Shown in pieces: positions 13,207-25,075 of a stretch of DNA of 64,000 bases (the first letter of the stretch is position 1; the number at the start of each line of letters is the position of its first letter). Origin of the DNA: Octopus sinensis (lineage: Eukaryota). Both the position numbers and the translations under genes were made by a program. The notes under the pieces were generated by a model. It was not told the DNA's origin and did not search any database. It saw nothing but the letters and a program-made list of their open reading frames with translations. The stretch lies in NCBI RefSeq assembly GCF_006345805.1, contig NC_043001.1, positions 81,220,001 to 81,284,000 on the forward strand, in the 5' to 3' direction.

Positions 13207-14597
13207 GTACATCTCTGTCTCTCAATGTATCTATGTTTATCTCTCCACCCCCCCACCATTTATTTATCCGTACATCTATCTGTATTCCCATCCATCTTCT
13301 CTATCAGTCTCTATACCTCTCAGTCTGTATTACATCTACCTACCTGCATCTCCCCTCTATCAGCTATATATCTTCTTTATACATATATGGTCTGTATGTC
13401 TTAAGTTCCTACTGAAACAAAGGAATTGCATTAAAAGTTTCCAAAGAAAACATAAACAAAGGAGGTATCATATCACATCTGTAATATGATCCACTCCACC
13501 TCTCATCTCTGCACATTCACATGCACAACTTAATCCTACACAAATGATTGCATGCATGCACTGAAGCATGCATGCATATAGAAAGAAGCACATGATCATA
13601 TTCAATGATACATATATTTGCACACATGCTGATAATTGCATACATTTGCAAGCGGCACATAAAAACTCCATTTATGAAAACAAGTGCACACTTGCCAGCA
13701 TTTACAGATAGATATTAACATTCACAAACACACATGCACACATATGTGCTCACATACTTGCTTTTATGACTACCTCTCCCCTACACTTCATTCTGCTTTT
13801 GTTCTATCTCCTACTCCTTATTTGTCCCCTTCTAATTAAATTATTCTTTATGTCACCAGTTATTTTACGTGACCTCTCTGGCTCCTGCAAGGGGACCATT
13901 AGACCACACCACACTACCAAAGTGCCACTCTATATATAAACACAAGTCTGCTGCAGTATATTCTTGATGATCAGAAGTAGGGAGGACTCTATTTTATGCC
14001 AGGCACAAATTTTTGCCTAAGAGCCTATGGAGATGCATATGTGCTGATAAAAATAAGGAATTTATGCAGTGTATATTAAATAGATAAATAATTCAAGAGG
14101 CAGGCATGGCTGTGTGGTTAAGAAGCTCTCACTATTTGGAAGCTTATGACCTGCATTTTACGTGTGTGTGTGTGTGGAGTGAAGGCACATGGCTCAGTGG
14201 TTAGAGTGTAGGGCTTACAAACATGAGGTTGTGAGTTCCATTCCCAAACTGGTGTCTGTATTGTGTTCTTGAGCAAGTCACTTTATTTCACATTGCTCCA
14301 GTTCACTCAGCTGTAAAAAGGAGTTGCGATGTTTACTTTTCCTTGCTTGGGTTAGGTGGAAATTGTTGAGGTAGATTTCCTTCAACTGGATGCCTTTCCT
14401 GTTACTAACCCTTGCCTGTTACCAAGCGAGGTGTTTTCATCATCACAACTAGTCATGGTGATTGAAAATGGACACCATCTGCATAAAAGTAGCACTCATT
14501 TAAAACATGAAACCAAGGCCACACACTCACACATACATACAAGCTTACATACATATATACATACACAAACACACACAGACACACATATATATATATA

Positions 14598-14958
14598 TTT
14601 TCTTTTATTTGTTTCAGTCATTTGACTGTGATCATGCTGGAGCACCGCCTTTAGTCAAATAAATCAACCCCAGGACTTATTCTTTGTAAGCCTAGTACTG
14701 TTGTTATCGGTCTCTTTTACCAAACTGCTAAGTTACAGGGACATAAACACACCAACATCATTTGTCAAGCGATGGTGGGGGACAAACATAGACCCACAAG
14801 CATATGCATACATACATACATACATATATACTATAGGCTTCTTTCAGTTTCCGTCTACCAAATTCACTCGCACAGTTTTGGTCCGAGGCTATAGTGCCAT
14901 GCAGTGGGACTAAACCTAGCACTATGTGGTTAGTAAGCAGCTATTTCCCACACAGCTG
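14598..14958 (-). mobile_element. SINE family A, near full length; 5' fragment follows at about 14990-15115
   Basis: Reverse complement of the family head, body and tail. Confidence 0.85.
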
Positions 14959-15634
14959 CTCCTATATATATACACATACTTTTATATGATGGGCTTATTT
15001 CAGTTTCCATTTCTGGAATCCACTCACAAGGCTTTGGAGGTGTCATGCACTGACACTGAACCTGTGACCCATGTGGTTGGGAAGCAAACTTCTTACTACA
15101 CAACCACACTGCACCTAAATATAATATAATTCCTATCACTACCTTTTACCATTTTACAATTAAAGGAAAATCTCCTAAAACAGATAGAATTCAAATATGT
15201 TATTTACCGAGAATGTGGCATAATTTCAAAGAGCCTGAAGAAAAAGTATGTTTATCATTCTTAGATTATTAATCTCATCTTTTGTACATGTTTGCGCCTT
15301 ATTTTCAATCAGGTTGTTTACTGGCCATCTTTAGATGCTTGACAAGTTTTACATATAAACCGATTAGGCCAGATTTGAACTCAGCTTTTCGTTAAGAGGA
15401 AACTGAATCTTTCAATTTATTTAAATGTCCATGCATCCAGCCAGCCATCTACCAGCCTGTATATTAATCTGTCTCTCTATCTGGTTGCCTGTCTGACTGT
15501 CTCCCTCTTTCCACCTATCTATCCATTAATCTGTTTGTCCATTATTTATTCATTTTTCCATCCATCTATCCATCCATTTGTTTGTTCACTCATCCATCCA
15601 TCTACCTATCTAATTTTCCTTTCACTTATCTCTC

Positions 15635-15790
<156 letters not shown>

Positions 15791-18213
15791 CACCTATATA
15801 TTCATCTGTCTTTCTGTCTATCTTTCCATACATCCTACTATCCAATCATCCATCCATCTTGCTATCTATCTGTCCATCTATCTATCCATCCATCCATTCG
15901 TCTTTCTATCTCTCTATGTATCTGTTTGTCTGCATGTCTACCCATCCATCCATTTAGCCATCCATCTGTCTATCCAACCATCCATTTCCATATATCTTAC
16001 AATCCATCCATCCATTCATTCATTCATGCATCTATTTATGTCTGTCTGTTTGACTGCTTATACACACCACTCATCCATTGCCTCTTGCTTCTCTGTCCCT
16101 TTATCTCAAGCTCATATCCAGTGGTTAAGGAACAAAAGATCTAATGATTGAAGTAGTTGTAAAAAAGCAAAAACAAAAACAAAACCAATTACAGTTTGAC
16201 ACCTCCCTCCATTAAGAAACAGATATTAGAGAGAAACCAACTAAACACCAAGCGTTCACCTTATTCTTTCTCTATGCTCCTTTCTCTCATTTTATCTATC
16301 TCTAGCTTTATCTCTCCATCCATCCATTTGTCTATCTTTGTTTGTTTGTTTGTCTCTCTCTCCCTCTTTCTCTGTCTTATTCCCTCTTATCTCTTTTTAT
16401 CTCTAATCCTCCCTCTCTCTCTATTTGTCACTATCTCTCACTCTATCTCTACCTTTATCTGTATACCATTTAATCCCTAATTTTGTCTATCTATCTATCT
16501 ATCTATCTCTCATTCAATCTCTCTCTCTCTCTCCTCTGTTTGCTGTATGAATCAAGCTATCCCAACATTCCACTTAAACTCAGGGACTCCCAGGGACTGC
16601 CTTCTCTTCTGACATGCACATTACTTAAAACAAGTTGGATTTATTGGTACCAAAGTAACATTAAGGTGTTGAATGAGGGTAGGAGGAGGGGGATTTAATG
16701 GATACCATGATGGTAGGGGGCAATGGTATACTGAAGATGAAAGGTAGATTGGTGGTGGTGGTGGTAGTAGTAGTAGTGGTGTTGGTAATGGCAGTAGTAG
16801 TGATGATAGGTGGATTCTGCCTTTTTTTTGTATTTTGGTTGCTAGCTATAAGGACAAATATGAAGGAAGGCACAATAATAATAGTTGCAAGTTGAGTAAA
16901 TATATGAGTGTGTGAACCTTTGTGCATGTACCTGTGTATGTGTGCGTGTGTGTGTGTATGTATGTGTGTGGAGGGGTATGTTTATATGAAAGTATATACA
17001 CATGTATTATGCATATAAATGTAAGTTGTGTGCATGTTTGTATGCCTGTATATGTATATGTTACATGTGCACCTAAGTATGTGTTTGTGTTTGTATGAAT
17101 GTGTATGCATGTGCATGTCAATGGATGTGTATGCGCATGCATGTGTATTTAAGTACATATTTTTATGTGTTTATGTGAATGTGTTTGCATATGAGTTATA
17201 CATGCATGCACACATATGTTTGTGTATTTGTATACCTGTGTATGACAATGTATTTTACATACATCTAAGTATATGTTTGTGTGTGTTTATATGAATATGT
17301 TTGCATATGAATTATATATGCATGTAAGTATGTTAGTGTGTGTGTTTGTGTGCATGTGTATGTATGTGTGTTATAAAAATACATTAAATGTACATGTTTA
17401 TCTATGTGTATGCATATTTATTCATACATGTGTGTGTATATGGGTGTGTTAGTATATTTGCATACATATGCGTATACATTATATATCTGTTTCTGTGTGT
17501 TTGTAGATTTGTGCGTGCATGTGTTATTACCTGTTTGTGTTTATAAGTATGTGTATATATATATATGCATTATACATTGCATTTAAGTGTATGTTTGTGT
17601 GCATATGTATGTATATGTTGTTGTATTTGTATGCTTGTGTAAATATGTTGTTTAAACTTGTGTTTGTTGGTGTGTATATGTGTGTGTGTGAATGCAGGCA
17701 TATGTATATGTGTGTGTATGCATATGCGTTATCCAAGCTTGTGAGTGTATATGTATGCATTTATATTATTAATGCATATAATTCCATCTTTACGTTCTGC
17801 ATTCAGAATTCACCAGGGTTGACTGTGCCTTTCATCCTTTTGGGGTCTATAAAATAAGTACCTGTTGAACACTGGGGTTGATGTAATCAACTCATCCCCT
17901 TCTACCAACATGGCTGTGCTTGTGCCAATATTTGAAACCATTATTATTGCATATATTTGTGAGTGGGGCAGTGTACATAATGTATACACACACACACACA
18001 CATATATTTGTCTGTGAGACAGAGAGAGGGAGAGAGTGGGCTGCATTAGTAGCTATGAGTGCATATTTACCTATGAATATATGCATGAGTGTGTGTGTGT
18101 ATTTGTATGAATGACTCTTTGTAACCATGGTATTTACAAAAGAACAACAACAAAAATAAACAATTGTATAAAAGACTAATCAATAGTGTTTTTGGATTAA
18201 GAAACTTAGCCAT

Positions 18214-18363
18214 AGGTGTGGCTGTGTGGTAAGAAGCTTCCTTCCCAACCACATGGTTCCAGGTTCAGTTCCACTGTATGGCACCTTAGGCAAGTCACTT
18301 CTACTATAGCATTGGGCTGACCAAAACTTTGTGAATCAATTTAATAGAAAGAAACTGAGAGAA
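18214..18363 (+). mobile_element. SINE family A 5' half
   Basis: A-box-like TGGCTGTGTGG, B-box-like GGTTCAGTTCC and CORE-like ccttaggcaagtcactt. Confidence 0.85.
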
Positions 18364-18445
18364 TATATACAAAGCATATACATTAAGTATATGTAGTTAA
18401 TAATATTTATTATACTAGAGCTGGTTTTATGTTTTGTATATGTGT

Positions 18446-18512
<67 letters not shown>

Positions 18513-19472
18513 TACACATACATATACTAGTAATGTCATAAGAATTTATAAACTTTCAAGAGAATGTGGAATAATTCTTCTCTGGAATGCCCGTCAGGTC
18601 TTCAGAAGATGTGGGTTCGAGTTCCATCAGAAGCCTTTGTCTTCTACTACCCATGTATTTACATGCTATTATTTATGGCTTTACGTGTTACTTCAAGAAC
18701 CAATTCTGGAAAAGAATTGTATGTGTGCATCTTTGTGTTTGTGCAAGAATATCATCAGTGTCAACTGGTCAGTGAGGACAGTTCTTTCATTGACAGTTCA
18801 AAGCAGGAAATGATAATGATGTTAACCATTCAATTATTATATTAAGCTGTACATGTGATAACTTCATGGAAAACATAAAAAATGTAAGCATCTGTAAATT
18901 GTGTGCTGGAACCATGAAAAATGTTTCTATATTGTGACAGTTAAAGGTGGCCAGCTGGCAGAAATGTTAGCACACTGGACGAAATGCTTAGTAGTGTTTC
19001 GCCTGTTTTTATATTCTGAGTTCAAATTCTGCCACAGTCAAAGACTTAGCATGTTATCTGGTGTATGGCTGAATTCAAATGGGTTGAAGACCTAAAACAA
19101 ATGTGTGTGTGAATTTCAATCATAGAAAGGAATTCAAATACCTATCAGCGACTTCAAAAAGACAGTTTCATGCCATCATTTCTCTCTCTCTCTCCCTCAC
19201 TCGCTCCCTCTCTCTTTCCCTCTCACTTCCTCTCTACTTTGCTAGACACACACATCAAATTTAAGTATCTTAATTTTCTCATTAAGATCATTGTTGCTTC
19301 AGTGGCCCAGTAGGTATGGATGTTGAGAAGCAGTGATTCTACACATAGGTGGTGTTTTCAAACCTCTTCCAAAAATAACAAGAGATCTATTTAAAAAATT
19401 TTATTTAAGCAACAAAATTTCTTTCAACAATTTCTTTCTGGTGATAACAGGCAGATAAAGATTGTAATTACA

Positions 19473-20115
19473 ATTCCTTATACTACAGGCACATGGCTTG
19501 AAATTTTGGGGAGGGAGATAATCAATTGCATTATCCCCAGTACTGGTACTTAATTCATTGACCCCAAAAGGATGGAAAGCAAATTTGGCATTGGTGGAAT
19601 TTCTATTTAGATCATTACCATGAACGAAATGCCACTCAGCATTTTACCTTCATGCTAATGATTCTGCCTACTTCCTGCCTTATAATAATAATAATAATCC
19701 TTTCTACTATAGGCACAAACACTGAAACTTTGGGGGAGGGGTAAGTTGATTGCATGAAGCCCAGTACTGAATTACTACTTGTTTTATTGACCCCTAAAGG
19801 ATAAAAGGTTAAGTTGACCTCAGCAGAATTTGGACTCAGAACATACAGACAGACGAAATGTCACTAAGCATTTTAAGCTCAGCCTGCTAACAATTTCGCC
19901 AGCCCCCTACTTTATAATAATCCTTTCTACTATAGACACAAGCTCTGAAATTTTGAGGGAGGGGATTAGTTGATTACGTTGACTCCAGTGTTTCACTAGT
20001 ACTGAATTTTATCAATCCCAAAAGGATGAAAGGCAAAGTCGACCTTGGTGGAATTTGAACTCAGAATGTAGCAAGAAACGAAATACTGCTAAGCATTTCG
20101 CCAGCTCGCCGCCTT
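19473..20115 (-). mobile_element. Three head-to-tail SINE-B copies separated by (TAA)n
   Basis: Each runs tcctttctactataggcac...gacccc.aaaggat.aaaggcaaagtcgacc...gccagctcgccgcctt. Copies start near 19473, 19696 and 19920. Confidence 0.85.
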
Positions 20116-20719
20116 CCCTGCATTATAATAATAACAATAAGAAGTATATTGGTGCATACATAGCTAGGTAGTTAAGAAGTTTGCTTCCCAACCACATGGT
20201 TCTAGGTTCAGTCTCACTGCATGCCCTCTCTACCATAGCCCTAGGTTGACCAAAGCCTTGTGAGTGGGTTTTGTAGATGGAAACTGATAGTTATAGTCAT
20301 GGTGATGATGATGGTAACAGTGGTATTGGTGATGGTAGAAACAGTCTAGGATATCAATGATGTTTTTGGTTGTGTCTCTGTGACAGTGATATTAGTGACA
20401 GGTAGTATTAATGAAATATGCTGTGAGTCTGGAATGATGGTGGGGGTTCTTTTCAGTCTTTGGAGAAGGCGGTGGTGGACAACAGTACAAAGGGATCGAT
20501 TATCCCAGTCCCCACAACTAAGCAAACTAAGTACTACTGAAAGCAATCAGGCCCTGTCTGTCTGTCTTTCCTTCTCCCTCTCTCTCTCCCTCATCATTCC
20601 CCTCTCTCTCATAGCAGCACTATCATATTCAAGCAAACAACAGACTCTCTCACTTTCTCTCCCTCCATCCTCTCTTTCTCTCCTCTCCATCCTCTCTTTC
20701 TCTTCTGTCTTACACACAA

Positions 20720-20766
<47 letters not shown>

Positions 20767-21526
20767 GCAGCAGCAGCACTATTATACTCTATTTCTCCCT
20801 CTCAGCAGCACTATCCTTCACACACATACAGACTCTCTGTCTCTCTCCTTTCACCTCTCTCTCTCTCCATCCTTTTCTCTTCTTTGTCTCATTCCCTTTC
20901 TTCTCCATCCTTTTCTGGCTTTCTTCTCTTTCTCTCTCCCTCCTCTCTCCCTCTTCTCTCCTCTCCAGCCTTCTCTCTCTCTCTCTCACACACACACAGC
21001 AGCAGCAGCTCTACCCTACTCAGGTAACCACTCAAACAAAGACAACCCTAACTGGTCAATAATTCAGTGGATAATATTGGCCATTGACCCCTGTTAACAC
21101 TTAACACATCAATTACTGATTGATCCTGTTCAAAAGTTCTACCTTTGTTTTCTTCTTGCTCTGGTAGTGGCAGTGGCAATGGCGGTGGTGGAGTGCTGCT
21201 GGGATGTTGTAATGAGAGAATTGGGTAGGATAATGATGATGGTAATGGTCTTATTAGCCAGTGTGGTGGTGGCAGTGGCGGCGGAGGTTCGTAATGTAAT
21301 GAGAGAAATGGATGTGATGGTGGTGATGAATGGTATCGTTATTGGGTATAGTGGTGGTGGTAATAGTTTTAGTGGAAGAAGTGTGCATGGTGTTAACAGT
21401 AATAGTGGATGGTCATATCAGTATTGAAAGTGGAATGATAGGGGTGAGAGAGAGGGAGGGAGGGAGTGATAGTAATGTTGGTGGAATAGTACTAAAGCCA
21501 CTCATTCCATTAACATGTTTTGTGCA

Positions 21527-21891
21527 AGCATGGTAGTGTGGTTAAAAAGCTCGCTTTTGCAACCATGTGGTTTCAGGTTCAGTCCTACTCTGCAGCACTT
21601 TTAACATGTATCTTCTACTGCAGCCCTGGGCTTGTGAGTGAATTTGGTAAATGGAAACTGTGTGGAAGCCTGTTATATATACATATATGTGTGTGTGTGT
21701 GCATGTCTTTGTGTCTGTCCCCCTTTCCACAGCTTGGCAAAGAGGGTTGGTTTGTTTACATCCTTGTAAATTTGCAATTTGGCAGAAGGGATTGATAGAA
21801 TAAGTATGGGGTCAATTTGATTGACTAATAGCCTTCAAGACCATGCTCTAGCATGGCCGGGCCCAATGACTTAAACAAGTAAATGAAAAGA
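21527..21891 (+). mobile_element. SINE family A, full length
   Basis: Head, central microsatellite and tail ...gcatggcc...tgacttaaacaagtaaa. Confidence 0.85.
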
Positions 21892-21954
21892 TGTACTAAC
21901 TATTTACTGAAATTACCTCCTGCAAATGTAAGGCTTTCTGTGTTGTTTGGGAAA

Positions 21955-22588
21955 GGTTTAGATCTTTAGGTTCAGATATTTTTTTTTCCATGTTAATTTG
22001 TATTCCAAACACCAGCTTAATAACAACAAAATTATTTGAATAAACTCTTCATTATTTTCAAAATTAATTGAAGCAACAGCAGTGTATTTGAACAGAAATA
22101 TGGAAATGAAAGGGTTAAAGTGACCTAAATGAAAAATTCCCATCAAAATTTCATATTAATTTATGTTCTAGGCACTTCTTCATAGCAACAAAGTTATTTG
22201 AAAAAATTCTCTATTGTTTTCGAAATTAATTGAAGCAAAATAGGAGTATTCCAACAGAAATATGGTAGCAAAAGAGTTACAATAATCTAGATTAAAACCT
22301 TCAAAATTTCACATAATGTTTCAAACACCAGCTTAATGACAAAGTTATTTTATCAAATTCTTCACTATTTTTTAATGAATTAAAACAGAGGCAATGTATT
22401 TCAACAGTGGTATGTTAACAAAAGGCTTAAAGTGATCTTATTTTAAACCTTCCCTCAAAATTTCATGCTAATTTATGCTTCCAATGTCAGCTTAATATCA
22501 ACAAGTTATTTGAATAAATTCTTCATTACTTTCAATGTTAATTGAAACAAAGTGTCTTTCAGCACAAATATGGCAACAAAAGAGTTTA
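21955..22588 (-). repeat. Four tandem 150-162 bp units of TTAA MITE family F
   Basis: Each unit has catcaaaatttcat..aatttatgtt.caaacaccagcttaa...aaattaattgaa...cagaaatatgg..acaaaag(g/a)gtt(a). Unit ends near 22118, 22280, 22430 and 22588. Confidence 0.8.
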
Positions 22589-23434
22589 TAAACACAGTCA
22601 CCTGGCTGTAGCCAGTAAATAACCTGAAAGGCTATGAACATAATACACCAGGCTGGTTTCACCTGTCTGGTTTCAATAGCATCTCATTTGCTTTTGCATA
22701 CACACATGTTTGCATGTGTGGGGAGAGAAAGACAGAAAGAGAAGAGGCATGGATGACTGAGTTTGATAGGCCATCATTCATAAACATTAGTCATTGAGCT
22801 AATGTTTTCTTTTACCCACTACATCTGTATTTTTAATTCCTAACATGCTGTACATCCTGTTGAAAATTTTCTAAGTCAAAAGTCCAGTCCTGTAATGATT
22901 TTGTTATAGAACAAAGACAAATGATAGAAGAAAGGATTAGAGCTTCCTCCCTTACATTAGAGAGTTCCTCACTTCCTTCAAAATGAATGTGAACTACATT
23001 ATTAAATAGTACCGAACCGCTTATCTAGCTTCCAGAAATCCGGAAATACTGTGCAATACCATTCAATTTACTGTTCCCTATATTGAGTAAACAAACCCAG
23101 TTTTGAAGCCGGTTGATTTGCATACAGTGTATTAAATAGTAGTTTTGTTCTTTTTCATTTTTAAAAGAATTGATATGGATTAAACATATTCTGCTTTAGA
23201 ATTGTATTAATTTGTACCTGTATCTTTTAAATAAAATCACGTTCTTTACTCTTCTTCATTAATTTCCATTGTATAAACATACTGTATACATGGTACAGTA
23301 TGATATATTTTAAGTATTTTAAATGGATTAATAGATATCAAACAGAACCTGCTTTAGAAATGTATTAATTTGAATCTGTTAAATACAATTTAGTTCTTTA
23401 CTTTCCATAGTTTATTTTATATTTTGAATATATA

Positions 23435-23822
23435 GTGCAAGTGTGGCTCTGTGGTCAGAAACATGCTTCCCAACCACATTGTTCTGAGTTCAGTCCCACT
23501 GCATGGCAACTTGGACAAGTGTCTTGTATAGCCCCAGGCTAAGCAAAACCTTGTAAATGGATTTGGTAGATGGAAACTGAAAGAAGCTTGGTGTGTGTGT
23601 GTATGCATGTGTCTTTGCATCTCTATTTCCTCACCACCACTTGACAACCAGTGTTGGTGCATTTATGTCCTTGTAACTTAGTGGTTTGTCAAAAGAGACA
23701 TAAGTACCAGGTTTAAAAAAAGCAATATGTCCTGTGGTCGATTTGTTTGACTAAAACCTTTCAAGGTGGTGCCCCAGAATAGCCACAGACATTTGATTGA
23801 AACAAGTAAAAGATAAAAGATA
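23435..23822 (+). mobile_element. SINE family A, full length
   Basis: Colinear with the other copies; tail aacaagtaaaagataaaaga. Confidence 0.85.
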
Positions 23823-24858
23823 TATTCCAGAAAATTGGAAAACCCTGAAATTCAAGACAATTGCAGTTCTGAGCTTGCTGGATATTAGGTCCAGTGCTGA
23901 AAGATTCGTGTGATAAGTGTACCATGCATGACTAGCTGATCAATGCATTTGTGTGTGGAGTTAATTAGAATTGTAATGCTCACTATATTGGAAAAAAAAA
24001 GAAACAGTCAGCTATCATCCATGAATGAGTACAGCTTCATAATATGTACCATGCTTTTATTAATTGTTTCAGGTGACTGTGCAGGTGCAAACAAACACAG
24101 ACACTATTTTGATACTCCAAACCAGTGGTGCATTTAGAGCATGTATATACACACTCATACACACACACACACACTCATACACACATATGACACAAACACA
24201 GGCACCATCTTGATTCTCCAACCCAGTAGTTCATTTAGAGCATGTATACACACACACACACACATACACACACACACACACGATTAATAAATGACAAAAG
24301 GACAGGAATTAAACAATCAGCTTCATTAGCTTACAGCTGTTTCTCAGAACTGAGTGCTTGTACAACATGCTACAAGTTCTATGGAGCCATGTATATATAA
24401 ATGTGTGTGAGTGTAGTATATGTATATATAAAAAGTAAATACAAATAACAAATTACCAAAAATTGTTCATGGTTAATATTATTAGGTTGATGCTCACAAG
24501 AAAATGGAAATAGTAAAAGTTATAATGTTTTAGAGACTTACATGCACACACAGATGTGTATGTATGTATGTATGTGAGTATCATCATCATTATCATTTAA
24601 CGCCCGTTGTCCATGCTGGGATGGCACACTGGAAGGCTGTGCCAGGATCCAGTCTAATTTGGCATGGTTTTCTACGGCTAGATGTCCTTCCTAACACCAA
24701 CCACTCCCAGAGTGTAATGGGTGCTTTCACATGCCACCGGTTCAGGTGCCATTTGTGTGATACCGGTATCTGTCATGACTGCAATTTTGCTCAGCTTGAA
24801 GGATCTTCTGCCCAGGCATGACATAATGCCAAAGGTCTTGGTCATTGCCTCTGTCAGG

Positions 24859-25075
24859 CCCAACACTTGAAAGGAGCTTGGCCACTTTGCCTCCATGAGG
24901 CCCAACGCTCAAAAGGAACTCTGCCACCTTGCAGGAGCTCGTCACTTTGCCTCCATGGGGCCCAGCACTCAAAAGGAACTCTGCCACCTTGCCTCCATGA
25001 GGCCCACTCGAAAGGAACTCAACCACCACACCTCCATGAGACCCGCTTGAAAGAAACTTGGCCACCTTGCCTGTG
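24859..25075. repeat. ~42-bp minisatellite, 5-6 degenerate units
   Basis: Unit cccagcactcaaaaggaactctgccaccttgcctccatgagg. Confidence 0.85.

Noticed and set aside
13931-13957. TATATAAA plus GCAGT as a core promoter
   Set aside because: Spacing is about 24 nt rather than about 30, and TATA strings are ubiquitous here.
18575-18635. tRNA-like segment with GTGGGTTCGAGTTCCAT T-arm
   Set aside because: No proper D-arm or 7-nt anticodon loop; likely a SINE head remnant. No genuine tRNA was found in the window.
24331-24345. GAAACAGCTGTA (minus) hammerhead 3' half
   Set aside because: No CUGANGA core upstream; at most a deleted remnant.
24859-25075. Repeat array as CRISPR-like
   Set aside because: Units are contiguous with no unique spacers, lie inside a eukaryotic SINE, and have no cas genes nearby.
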